Shown: positions 1 to 23,419, numbered from the whole stretch's first letter. The stretch is DNA of 63,362 bases, filler included, from Intoshia linei (GCA_001642005.1; 9 parts of 9 records of this genome joined end to end with filler, not necessarily neighbours in it); one strand, 5' to 3'. Notes: generated from the sequence alone by a model not told the origin. Translations and numbers: made by a program.

Positions 1-142
1 TTAACAAATATATGTAACTAGCAGGTCGATAAATCGTATTATTATAACATTTCTCCACTATGATACATATTTTTTAAATACAGATTACAACTATTCAATG
101 GTAAATTTTTTGCTCATCTATGAACATACTTTTAAAAATTAC

Positions 143-3100
143 TTTGTTGAAGCTACATTTCTCAATATTTTACTAGCCGTTCCAGGTCTAGAAAATTCGA
201 TAGAATTTTGAGTGTTTACTCCAAATAATTGATCTAATATTCTTGGTAGAACATCTATTCCAATCTAAAAATATGACATTAAAAACAATTAAAACACAAT
301 TTTTATCGATTCAATGTACAATGTATGTTAATTTATTTGTTACCATTTATTTAAGAAAGTATTAGATGTAGAGTTTTAAGAATACCCACATCCAATAAAT
401 TTTTTTGAGAGTGATATTTTATCGCAAATTTCATTTTAAGAAATTTGATCCTTCAAAGTTAAAACCCTAATTATCCATTTTTTTAATTTTAAACGATTCC
501 TAATATTAGAAAAAATACCCCATCTGATAAAGATTTTAAAATAATCAGCATTATGATAAATTTCAATTCAAAATGTTATATCTTCACGATCAAAACCCTA
601 AATGACCCTTTTTTTAAAAATGGAAAAGCGATAGAATTTTAAACATGAATTGTGGGATAATATTCCAAATCATGACCATTATCATAAATCATAAACCTAA
701 AAAAATGCATTTTCATTATCCAAACCCCATATTACCATTTTTTCAAAAAAATTAAAATAGACCTAGAATTTAAAAAAAATTTATAGTTGATAGATTTATA
801 TTCAACTAACACACCCAAAAAAATTCAATTTGAAAAAGTGACGTATTAAGATTGTATACCCTACACTAAGGGTATAAATATAGGGTTCTAAAGTTATTTA
901 TAGTTTAATATAATTAATAATCAATCTGAATATCACTTACTTCTTCACCCAAAATTGCTTTCTCGAGTTGATCAATCAAATCCGCGGTGATCGACATTAA
1001 TTTGTAAAAGTTTACCTAAGTTTAATAATTTTTCCAATAAAAATATACAATTATCTATATACAATCAACCTACCAAGTTCGATGCCACCCAAAAATCAAA
1101 ACTGATCCAAAAAAAATTACAAAGACGAAACGTAGATGCGTACCCCTAACCACCTCTTAAAGGCTCTTTACCAGGGGTGTCAATTATGCGATCCTCGGGC
1201 CATTTGCGGCCCATTTCCAATTATGGAATGTGCGGCCCGCGTTATAATATAAATTTTTATTTTTTATACATATTTTTTATTTTACAGTTTTTTCATATAT
1301 TTTTCATGATTTATTTATTCATTATTACAATTTTAACATTATTTTTACACTTATTTCATTTTTACTGTTTCATATTTCATTTTATAAATTAACGTATTAT
1401 AAATTAATTAAATCTGTTAGTTTTAACATAATTTTTTTTGCGGACCGCGTAATAATTTTTTTTCACATTTGGCCCGCCAAGCAAATTGAGTCTGACACCC
1501 CTGCTCTTGACGCTTAAATTGATATTTTAAATTTAACACACAAAATATTTATGATATTCAAGTATATAATTTTTTAATTGGTCAATTGTGAAAAATGAGG
1601 GCCCACATCAAAAATTTTCATCAAGCCCCAAAAAGAAAGTCAGTATGGTTGTTCGGCACTGGTCGCTCCAATCCAATATATAGAAGGGGTATATATTATA
1701 TACTAAATTTACTCATTAATCCTGGGGTAAATTTAAAAATACAATATAATAATTACGTTAGATTTTGAATGCAATTTTTTAAATGTTTCAAATTGTTTTA
1801 AATTTTCTTGGAGCAACTTTTTTTGATTTTCACAAGTAGCACTCTAAATTCATTAAATTAAATTAAATTTTAAATTCATTGAATTAATTTAAATTTATAT
1901 TATTTCAAAATTAATGGCGCAAATTAATATCATTTTAACAGGTAATGACATAATTTACCATGAACATTAGTAATTTTAATAAACTTTTATATTCATTCTT
2001 TGATCTAGATAAAATTATAACATCATTATAGATATTTGCATGCTCTAAAACAGTGGTTCTCAACCTTTTTCAGTACATGGACCCTTTAGCTATTTTATAT
2101 TATTGGTAGACCCCCTATTATAAAAACTAAAACCTTAGTCGTACGCTACCTTATAAATCGATGTTTGTATTGTTTTATAAAATTTTTGACCATAGTTTTT
2201 TTGATTGAAAAAAATGTAAAATAAGAAATATGTGTAAAAAATTTTTATAAAAAATAAAAATGTATATTATAACACGGGCCGCATAATTGACACCTCTGGT
2301 TTTGACACTGATAAGTTACTCAGGGTCTAAGAGTAAATTTAGTTGGATTTTTATTCATTGAAGTCGAAATAGCTACAAAAATAGCTGGTAAAATTACAGT
2401 TTCTCCCAATGTGTGAGGTTTATAAGCTTTTGCTATAATTTTTGAAATTTCATAACAAGCTGTTAAACCTTTATCTTTCTTGATAACTTCATTATTGAAG
2501 ATATTGTTCATTTTAACCGATTTAAAATTGTCACGTTGTTTTGTAAAATACTCTAGTGGTGGATTTTTTTTGTTACCCCAAAATTTATCTGTGGAGCCCA
2601 AATTTTTTTTTGGACCACTAAGGTGTCCACATGGACCCTGGAGAACCACTGCTCTAAAATATGATGTAACTCTTATTGTGTGAATCGCTCAACTTTTTGA
2701 TATAATCCAGTAATAAAATTAGTTGCTATAGGCGAAGTAATATTTTAATTAATTTATAAATGCATTAATTGCACTAATATTGACTTAATATTTTACTAAA
2801 AATGTATCACCTAATGTGAAATTAAGTTTAAATTACGCTACCGTTTTTAAAAACATGAAAATGTGCGTGGAAATATAATTATTTTTGAAAAAGGGTAATG
2901 AGATCATAAAAAAAATTGACCCCTGCTTTTGATCTTAACGTTTTTTCGCCATTTAAAAAAACTGTTACATTCAGAAATATTAATCCATTACAAGATTCTT
3001 GAGTCGCTCAATTTTTTAGTTAGTTAGTTCAAGGTGGTCCAAAAACATAGCGAATTAAGGCCAAAAAATAAATTTTCCAAATTTCGCGGGCCCCAATATT

Positions 3101-4700
3101 AAAAAATATAACTAATATATACTAAAAAATTTAAATTAATGTTACATATTGTGGTAATTATGATATTACTATAAATCAAAGGTTTTTAGAATATTTTACT
3201 AAACAATTTCGCGGGCCGCGAGTCACGTTTTGGACAACCCTGAGTTAGTTAATAAGATATAACGTTGACAACAATAAAAAATATACAACTTTTTTATTAA
3301 TATATTATTTTTGTAAATAAGGTAATTAATTTCGTTAAGTCAAGTTCTATTAATTACCAACTGCTTTATGGTCGGCTCCGTCAAATTTATCAAAATAATC
3401 TTACAAGTAAAAATATAATTTTTAATTATATTCTATATTTGGGCCTTAACAGATATGATATTTAAAATGAGGCCATATTTTTCAAAAATATTGAGACCTA
3501 GCCATCAGTCATAAGAAGGAATCTCGGTAAAGTAGATTCGGATCTGTGTGTAATAACTTATTGGCAAATAGCAATAAGTTTAAACATTAAGTGTAGTAAT
3601 AGATCGATAAGTTATCGTCGGTAACTCACATTGGAATTTGAATTTGAATCACATTGAAAACGTATTTTAATATTAATTTTCAATGGACATTGTCCATATA
3701 TTGCCCCAGCTCGAATGAAGAGTAGTGTGCTCTGTTTTTCTTGTCCGATCTTATACGAATCATACAACAAGTTAATACCACTATATAATATAGCCCTACT
3801 AGATAATAATAATTACTTTAAAATTAACAATTTCTGGTAATGAAGACTTTGATGTGTTAGCAATAAAAGCAAATTCTTCTAATCCCAATCTTTGTTCATT
3901 TATCCATTCATCCTAGATATTTAAAATTTAAACTAAACAAAATTACATTTATTAATTTTGAATAAAATGGATGTGTGTCAATTTGAGGTACATAAGGTAG
4001 AGCATAATATTGAACAAATTGAGACTTCTGACTAAAGTGACGTCCATCATGAGTAAAATAGTCAAATAATCTATCCATAGAATTTTTCAGTTCCTATATT
4101 AAAATTAAAAATTAAAATATGCATTTAAAAAGTTGTTCACATACATGGGTGAAACAAAACTTTTAAATTGATAAAACCCCTCAATATCAACATTTTGATC
4201 TACTTTAGTTCAATTATTATTTAAAGATTAATTATCGATGACGCCAACTTAAAAATGTTGAAAACGACTACATTATTATTAACTATTAAAGCCATATTTA
4301 AATTATAACGATTATTATTATAAAAAACCTTGATATTATTAAAAATAATTGGAACAACGCTGAAATATATTCTCATATAAAATTCAACAACATGTGCATC
4401 TTCCATATTAATGTTGACGGAAAAATTTTCAATAAACTTTGACCATATTTCAAAGAATAAATCTTCATTCCCAGTATCAAAAGCATTTAACAGTTCATTT
4501 AATAAATTAGACTTTACACCATGATTCGCTTTATTTATGTTTTTTAAATCAATTTTGAATTGTTTCAAACTTTGCTTCATTCCATAATATTCCATATACT
4601 AAATTAGTATTTCAATATTTAATGTTTTTTTGAAATTTATCCAAACCTCAACAATCAATTTGTTTGCATATTCAATGCAATTATTAGTTTTTTCAGTCAT
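143..4700 (-). CDS. ARMC9: LisH/armadillo ciliary protein ARMC9, N-terminal half (multi-exon; probably continues past window start)
   Basis: ATG at 4700 (MTEKTNNCIEYANKLIVE|YMEYYGMKQSLKQF...LLNAFDTGNEDLFFEIW...VEFYMRIYF), then FVQYYALPYVPQIDTHPFYSKL and DEWINEQRLGLEEF exons, exon 941-1015 VNFYKLMSITADLIDQLEKAILGEE and exon 143-264 IGIDVLPRILDQLFG...IEFSRPGTASKILR. These match recalled ARMC9 motifs LVAAFDNGDQKVFFDLW, FLPFYALPFVPNP and VDFTRPGTASTMLR. GT-AG introns as short as ~34 nt. Confidence 0.88.
330..830 (+). repeat. degenerate copy of the Helitron-like repeat family with internal sub-repeats
   Basis: Repeated module tcttca..tcaaaaccc.aaat.accctttttt at ~450, ~580 and ~720. The opening tgttaccatttatttaagaaagt...aagaatacccacat.caata is the reverse complement of ~55710-55775. 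Confidence 0.55.
1172..1503. mobile_element. hAT (Charlie/Buster-like) MITE
   Basis: TIRs CAGGGGTGTCA...TGACACCCCTG, subterminal gcggccc motifs, 8-bp TSD ctctttac/ctcttgac. Confidence 0.85.
2051..2651 (-). mobile_element. internally deleted hAT (Charlie/Buster) element with transposase fragment
   Basis: TIRs CAGTGGTTCTC...GAGAACCACTG, perfect 8-bp TSD ctctaaaa. Minus ORF fragment ACYEISKIIAKAYKPHTLGETVILPA is typical of Buster/Charlie transposases. Confidence 0.88.
3030..3242. mobile_element. hAT MITE
   Basis: Imperfect TIRs caaggtggtccaaaa / ttttggacaaccctg, perfect 8-bp TSD agttagtt, internal cgcgggcc motifs. Confidence 0.8.
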
Positions 4701-5115
4701 TTTAAATTTAATATTATATAAATCAAGTTTAATATGCAAATTTTTCAATTTTATTCAAATGTTGATACATTTCTAATGTACGAGAAATTCTTAGTTACTA
4801 AAAAACATCTTGTAATAATTGAAATTTCCAATAATATAATTTGAATCTTTATTTTACTATCTACAAATAACAAAAATATACAAATTCATGTATTTATTAT
4901 ACAGCCATGTCAATAATTAAAATACATTAAGGCGTTGGCGTGTAGTTAAAAATAATGAATTAAAAACACTATTTTTCAAACATATTTTGAAAAATTTTTA
5001 ATCAATCAAAGGCTTTAAATTCAAAATAGATAAAAAGTGCAATAAAACATTTTAATAAATATAAATGTTTACAATATAATATAGGTGTATTTGTGGAATA
5101 ATGAAAATTTGGAAT

Positions 5116-15555
<10,440 letters not shown>

Positions 15556-16390
15556 TTATGTTCGCATTATACGGTTAATGTGCTGTATTATAATGAATTA
15601 GCGCTTTTATGTAGTAATTTTTTTGATTAACGATTGTTTATTTTATCAATTATCCACAGAAATGCATAAGTCTAACAAAATAAACTATAACCATTGTTTT
15701 TCAATAAATTTCTGCTGTAAATTTAAATTTGTACTGCGATACGGATTAATTTGCAAAATCTAATTATAGAATATTGATTACTTTGTGCTCAAATTAAATT
15801 AAGTTTAAAATAACATGGAGTATTTTTTGTACATGTATTGCATTTGTTTTTATTTAGGTACAAGTATAAATTGGTGTATCTACACTTGAGCATATTGTAA
15901 ATGTAAATTTTACCATTTTATAGGCATTTTTTAAAAGTTTATCAATGTGACAGTCGTATTTAAATCAAAATATCATCAATTCTACATTATATTTTTACTT
16001 GCACTTGACATAATTTCTACATGAATTTGTGTAAATAGTTTTAAATAATTCATAAATTATTTATATATTTTATTTTCTATAAATACATGGACTGTGTAAT
16101 TTTACTTAAAATGTGACTGAATGCTATGATTAATAATATCAGTGTATTAAATTAATACTATTATATCACTGAATCGACCTTACTGTGACCTATATATGAC
16201 TATTAGGTACGATAAAATCAAAAATCAGAAATTCATTATCATAAAAAAGTGTAAATGTATGATGTATTTATTATGGGATAGACAGTAGAACTGATTTTTT
16301 ACACTTTTTTTCGAAATTGTATGGTCCAAGAATGATATATTTATAAATTTATTAAATGTTAATTGTTAATTTATTTATTAACAATTTATT

Positions 16391-19300
16391 TCACACGTTA
16401 AATTTTTCTTTTTGAAAACATTTCATACTGTAATCATACGTTGAATCATTTGATTTGGATGCAATACCTAAATTTAAATAGTATTTATAAATGATAACAA
16501 TCAGGCCTGTAGTTAGTGAAAATACTAGGTGGTGCAGTTGTATCCTATTAACACACAATAAAATTTTAAATCTGAATAAGTGACGCCTTCGTGGTCAAAA
16601 AAGCATTTTAGTATACATATATTTTTTTTCCGAAATATTTTATTAAAAAAAATTTAAAATAATTAACTGTCGGAAAATTTAAAAAAAAAATTTTTCTGAT
16701 AGATCTTATTCCAGTTGATATAAATACAAAATTTCAACCCGAGAAATCTACGCATTCCCAATAAAAAATAATTTTTAATATATTATCAACCAATATGTTT
16801 CAAATATTTCGATTAAATATTTCATGTAAAATTTTACTATTTACATGTAAAATAAAAATTGAAAATGTAAATATTGATCCTACAACTTCAAAAAAATGTG
16901 CATTGAACGTCTACACATTTCTAATAAAGAAATATGGGTGAAAATCCATATAATTCATTCCTTCGGAATTTTTTTCATTGCTACGCAATATTTAAATCTC
17001 AAATTATCATTTTCAAAGCATTTCGTTTAAAATTTAAATTAAAACTACAATAACGATTACTAAAAGTCATACAACTTTGTTATTATCATTTTTATATTTA
17101 TTACAATCCTGTTATTATACTCCCTCGCAGCAATTTTGCAATTGATATAAACCAATCTAAACTACATGCTATGTTTTTCAATTTTTTATATATTACACGA
17201 TTTGACAAGATCTTTCATTGGTAAAAAAATAATCTGAAAAAAGTCGTAGAAATTGAAGTTTTTAATTATTTTGTTACTTTGAACGCCTCACCAATTTTGC
17301 AAAACTATCGAAAACATAAACCCTGATTTCCTGACAAATAATTGTTTTTAAACTGTTGTCATTATCGCATATGACACTGTTAAATAATATTACAAAATTA
17401 ATAGAAAAATATTTAAAGGATGGTATCGAAAAGGTATATATCGCAAAAACCCGCAATGTTTCCCTTAGAACAATATATAACATTTCAAATAAATAAAAAT
17501 CCATCAAATCGAAGCAAATTACAACTTTAAAAAAAGAAGAGAGTTCAAAAAGCAATTAAAAAATCTGCTGATGGGGTGCAAAAATCTGGAAGGGTTGTTA
17601 CATCCACATCCAATGCTGCCCGTATGTGATGTGCTCCTTCAAGATCAACTATTTGACGGGCTCTTAATAATAGAGGTTTGAAGTATCGATGTTCATTGCA
17701 AAAACTGACATTGACTGTTGCACAAAAGAATGACCACCTAAATTTTGTATGCAACCTTTTTTTAATAGGGTTGATATCGATAAATCATATTTTCGGATAA
17801 ATGTAGATTTTCTTTAGATGGAAGTGATAATCTCATGTCGTGGAAACCATTGAAACTCCAAAAAAAGCATTTTAAAATGAGTTATTATTTCAACATATAA
17901 TTTAATAGTTACAGCGTTTAATTTCACGAGCGTCTATAGTTATAATGTTAGCGTCTAAAATAAATTCAAAAATAATCCAAACCTAAATTAATAGAAGTAG
18001 AATTTATTTTATTTAAACATAACGTTATTTTTTATAAAACTAACTTTTAATTTATTGAATTAACCGTTAATTTAACACGGCCTCAGCAAAGCTTGATGAG
18101 CCTGAGCTGGTCGTCCCTTTTTTCTTTTGACATTCAATTGGAGAGCTTTCGACTCTCGAGATACAATACACCCATCAATTCTTAATCGTATTTCTATACG
18201 ATTGAATGTTTACACATTTAATTTTTACCCTAAAAGGGACACGTACACTTCGGAAACTTCCAATTTTCACGATCCAGCGATATTTTCCAAACAGAATTTA
18301 ACATTTTTTCACATAAAAAAAATTTTCAAAACTTTTTTAATTTATTTTGTTTTTGAACCCATTGAAACGCATCTGTCCAGTTTTTAGTACTTAATGTAGG
18401 ATCTGTCACATACAATTTTGGGTTTGGATTGGAAAAATTTCGAGAAACTGACCATGTATGTATAAAATTTACTTAAAAATGCTAATACATAAAAAAACGG
18501 CTTATGAGAAATGTTGATTTGTGGTGATCCACAAAAATTTATAAATTGATTCAAACGTTTCGAATATTAAGTTAGACAATACAATAATTATATTACACGC
18601 TTAAGCATTAAATTAGACGACCAAAGTACTTATTAAATAATGTTAAATTAATTAAATTATGCGTTATAAATATTAAATTAGACGTTGAAACTATTAAATT
18701 AGTCTGAGCATTAAATAGTATCCTTTTAAGGTGAATCCATAATGATTTGGGGTTGTTTAGCATCTTGCGGTAAATTTATGATTAGGAAATTGGATCATAC
18801 TGTTAATAGCGATTTTTATAAAAAAATTTTATTTTAAGATGTATTTAGAGAGATTTTAAGATGTACACCTCCTTATTCTCCTGATATATCCCCAATTATG
18901 AAGAATCAACTATATGATGGTTCACAATTTAATTCGAAAATGCATGTATGGCAGAAAATATCTCATATTGTCCAGAAAATAATTTTAAAGGAAAAAGACA
19001 TGACTATAAGGCTACATAAATCATTTAATTCAAAAATGTACAGTGAGGCCTCTCAATACCGCATATTTTGGTATTTCAATATTTATGGTGGTAATGAAAG
19101 TTTAGCGGTATTAAGAGTATATCATTATAAAAACGATTAAACAATAAACATAAATATATACAGTAAAACAACGAAGAAACGATAATTCAACTAACCAAAA
19201 CAATATAATAGAATGAAATTAATATACTATGCTGATTAGGGTGTCACATTTTTTGGAAAATTTTAGAATTAGATGGGCAATTAGCACTAAAACTGTGTAT

Positions 19301-21995
19301 TTTTAAAATAGAAAAACTAATTCGCAATCAAAAACACTTAACGATATCTATTCGAGTTGCGTTTGTCATTTTAAATATCACTGTATAAATATTATGGAGA
19401 AATTAAAACTGAAGTTTATTTTAACGGAAATTAGCGTTTGCGCCTTTAAACGTGGTATCGACTTTATAATATTGTTCTCCATGTTTAGTTATACATTTTA
19501 AATTTTTGCCTAGAATATGAATTCCATAAAATCAAAAAAAATTGAGCTAAAAACAAATTTAAAAAATAAACTGTATAACTAAACATGGAGAACAATATTA
19601 TAAAGTCGATACCACGTTTAAAGGCTCAAACGCACTCGAATAGATAGCGTTAAATGTTTTTAATTGCTAATTAGTTTTTCTATTTTAAAAATACAAACTT
19701 TTAGTGCTAATTGCCCTTGATTCTTTGATAGGTGTGACACCCTAATACTGATATATAATTATTATCTTAAGAATACAAACAACTAAGAATTGTAAATAAT
19801 TCTTTTTTATTTATTTGTAGAAATCGAATTATTTCAAATTTAATGTGAAATTTAATCTTGATCTCTTTTTGTTCGCCATTTTCTATAAAAAATTATTATG
19901 CTTTAAAAAAGTTAACTATATTACAAATCGTATGTAAACTTTGAATTAGTTGTTCTAAATGAGGATAGAATGAATTATGAAGTAGAAGTAACAATAAAGT
20001 AAAACATATAGAATGAACTAATGTATGGTAAACTAGTGCTACCATATTTTTGTATAAAATTTAAGTTAAATTTGTGGCGGTATTGAGAGTTGGCGATATT
20101 GAGAGGCCTCACTGTACGAGGTTATGATGAATAATGGAAATTTAATAGATGTATAGAGTATAATATATATTTATTATATCAATAAATAATTATATGTATT
20201 GTTTTGCAAAATTGTTCAGACTTTCATATCTACATATAAATGAAAAAGGTAAATTTTTACGAATTAATTCAGCCCATTTTTTAATTTTTTTAGCCTACGA
20301 TAGATCTTGCTTCGCTGATTAATACATAAAAAATTCAGACACTTAGAGCATCACTGAGACTAGTTTCTAATAATTGCAAAATTGCTGAGAGGGAGTATAT
20401 TATTTTTCAAATATTTCGATTAAAATAAAAAGGTAAATAATCATCCTACCATTTTAAAAAAAATGCATTGAATGTCTACACATCCTAAATTAAGAAATAT
20501 GGGTGAAAATCTACATAATTGATTCCTTCTGTAATGTCCTAGTTACATTCTGTATATAATTTAATAGTTATTTATTAAAATATAGTTTCAAAGTCTTGCA
20601 TTTGATAAATTAAGGATATTGCAATTAATTAGGCACCTTCGGATTTTTTTTAATTCCTAAGAAAATTTTAATTCACAAATTCTCATTTTCAAAAAAATTT
20701 AAAATTACATTTTACAAAAGTTTAGTTTAAAATTACAACAACGAAGTACTACAAAGTACAACTTTGTTATCATTTTTATATTTATTAGAATGCTTTGCAA
20801 TGTTGGTAAAATTTATCCGAAATATGTTTCTAAAGCGCTGATTCTGTTAATTATTGATACAAAATCGATATTTTTTACTCATCTAAAGTATATACTGAAT
20901 ATATATCATTATTAATTGAGATTAATTGTTTTTAAAATTCTTTACACAAATGTTAACGAAATAAAATTAAGATGGAATAATTCACTTTAAAGTAAAAAGT
21001 AATGTGATATGATGGTTTTATTTGAAACAAGTTTGGGAAACACTCCTTTAAAGTATTGATAATAGTGAATAGTCGAATTTTTAATTTAGATTTTGTTATT
21101 GAATTTATTTTTTTGGTACAATTAAAACAGTTCACCCTCGATAGAGCTAGGATGATGTTTGTACGAAGTACATAACAGTCAAGCTAGTACTTTAATATTT
21201 TATATAAGTAAGGATTACTGTTTAAATTGTAACTAGATTGAGTTATCGTATTCATATTATTTAAAGGAAAATTGAATGATTCATATTTTTTGAGGTTTTC
21301 AATTTGGTCTGAAAAAACATATTTGCAATTTTCATAAGAATTATTTGAATAATTTGGTAAAGGGCGGTTGTTTTCACACATTGTTGAATAATTTTCAAAA
21401 TCAAAACTACTCCATAAATTGTCACAATTTTGTCTAAAATTAATTATTATAAAATCAAAATTTAAAACATAAATCCACATATAGTCCATAAAAATAAAAA
21501 ATATACTTGTATTCTGAAAAATTTATATTAGATTGAAAAGGATTTTGACGATAAATTGGATAATTCCTATGAAATTGTTCAATAGTTGAGTTTTTTTTAT
21601 TTTGCATGGAACAATTACTATTTGCATAATTACATAGAGAAATATTTGTATAATTGATGTTTAAATTATCATTTTCAATATAACAATTTTTATAATTTTG
21701 AAAATAATTAATTTTCTGTTCAATTTGAGAAAAAGATGGTTCAAGATTTGGTAATTTTTCATTACAATCTTTGTAAATATTTTTGCTTAGATAATTATTT
21801 TGCTTAATGCAATTTTTTAAATCAATTCTGGTATTTTTATTTATTTTCACTTGTGATTTTAAAGGTTGGCATATTTTCTTTTCATTTGTAGAGTCTAATC
21901 TTTTTTTTGATTTTACCTTTCGGAACTATATATTATTTAATTTATCAAATTTTTAATTTTTAAATTACCTTTGCTCTACGATTTTGGAACCAAAC
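16391..21995 (-). CDS. paired-class (Q50) homeobox protein, 3' part (Phox2/Prrx-like helix 3)
   Basis: 27-nt exon 21969-21995 = VWFQNRRAK, spliced over a 43-nt intron to FRKVKSKK... (21507-21925), then exon 21219-21433 and a phase-compatible candidate last exon 16391-16467. The intron before VWFQN is the canonical PRD-class position. Helices 1-2 were not found in the window. Confidence 0.75.
17899..18701. mobile_element. inverted-repeat-bounded insertion inside the Tc1 transposase
   Basis: taatttaatagttacagcgtttaattt at the left end is the imperfect reverse complement of aaattagacgttgaaactattaaatta at the right end. It separates two collinear transposase pieces. Confidence 0.5.
19041..20114. 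mobile_element. pogo/Tc1-type MITE
   Basis: TA-flanked TIRs CAGTGAGGCCTCTCAATA / TATTGAGAGGCCTCACTG. Confidence 0.85.
19237..19744. mobile_element. hAT MITE carrying a long internal foldback
   Basis: TIRs TAGGGTGTCACA / TGTGACACCCTA, 8-bp TSD atgctgat/atactgat. Internal 19275-19716 is a long inverted repeat. Confidence 0.82.
20400..21187 (+). mobile_element. Helitron-like family sequence with 3' hairpin-CTAG end
   Basis: Internal repeat similar to 16790-17110. Ends gctaggatgatgtttgtacgaagtacataacagtcaagCTAG|T. Confidence 0.65.
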
Positions 21996-23419
21996 CTAAA
22001 TTTACTTTTAAAAAAATTAAAAATTTTAATTAAATTTTGTTGTTCCATAACTAATAACCCGAGCGGAACCTACTCAGCTCGAGGCATTTCGAAAATTAAA
22101 AATAGGCCCGTTAATTTTTTTCACATATTATGCATCGTAACCCTAACGACCTCTCTAAGATTCTTGACTTGATATTTTATTTTTAAACATACAAAATAGT
22201 ATATCAAGACTATACTTTTTTTAATGTTCAATTTGGAAAAATGAAGCCCCATTTTACAAAAATTTAATCTAGACCCCTGAAGAGGTGTCTAGGATGCGGT
22301 AGGTTCGGCACTGTTGACACTCTACCTTATATAAAGTTAAGTTGTTATAAAACGTAATTATACGTCTAAATTCTAAGTGTATGAGTGTAACCATTTATTT
22401 AGAAAATAGTCCTAGATTTTTGAAAATGGCAAATTCTAATAATTTTTTCAAGGGTAATAATCTCATCAATGTTATCTCTAATTTGCATCTTCACGATCAA
22501 AGACACAAAATTACCCATTATTTCTTAAAATAAATAGTCAAGTTTAGTTAAAATTAAATTAACTAGTATTTTGTTTTAATTTAATAAAAAATCTGACAGA
22601 TCTGTTTTTTTCAATTGCAGAAATAGTCCAACATACACAAATTTTTTTTACAAAATCTACGAAATGTTGTCGTCTTCACAGTCAAGAGTATTTTAAAACA
22701 TTTGGAATCAATAGAATAGTTTCATCTAAGAAATTCCCGACAATTTTCCCATGTAAGAAACGTAACTACCTTTTATTTAAAAATATACAATACATTAGAA
22801 ATATTTACATTGATAATATCAATGAGAATTGAAAAGTCAAATTGATACAAATAATTTAATTTTAATTTAATAAATTCATTGAATAACCGAATTAAGGTTA
22901 AAGAGTGTAATAATTTTTATTGATTTGTAATCTTTCCATTTATAAAAATATGTATTATAAAAATTACTTTTCATTCATTGTATTAAAAACTTTGCTACAA
23001 ATATATCTTTGAATATAAAGCTATTAAAAATTTATTTCTTAACGAGTATCAAATTATATCATAAAATTTTTATGATTCTAAATTTATTATACCAATTGAT
23101 TAATGAACCGCTTTGTGTTTGTTTGAAATTTGATTAAATTTACTCACAATATTATCATGTATTCTTACATTTTAGAAAAGATACTTTTTGACATTTTTTG
23201 TACATTTGTATTTTGATTTAAATTAAATTTTTAGTTTTCACCATTTATTAATTCATCATTAAAAATTTATAGATTATTATTAGGTAAACGTTTTCCCATT
23301 GAAACATGATGACGTGTTTATGCGCAAATTTTTATTTTCAAATTAAATTTAAGTCTTCATATTGTAATATTTACTTATGTATAATTAAATGTATGTGTGT
23401 TTATTGCCATTTATTTCAA

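Larger units (their letters stand above)
17120..20395 (+). mobile_element. decayed Tc1/Tc3-like transposon interrupted by nested insertions
   Basis: TA-flanked TIRs CTCCCTCGCAGCAATTTTGCAATT / AATTGCAAAATTGCTGAGAGGGAG. Transposase remnants PSRSTI*RALNNRGLKY, IIFSDKCRFSLDGSD (~17785) and GESIMIWGCLASCG...TVNSDFYKKI (~18730). Confidence 0.85.

Noticed and set aside
450-740. Spaced repeats resembling a CRISPR array (also 23530-23870, 50935-51260)
   Set aside because: Units are degenerate TE-internal or tandem repeats in a eukaryotic genome, with no cas genes and no constant repeat/spacer lengths.
16440-16467. NSIASK resembling an OAR motif
   Set aside because: The conserved LRLKAKEH half is absent.
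21184-21214. Homeobox stop codon donated by a Helitron CTAG
   Set aside because: A GTAAT donor at 21218 and a phase-compatible downstream exon (16391-16467) explain it better; it would hold only for an intron-retaining isoform.
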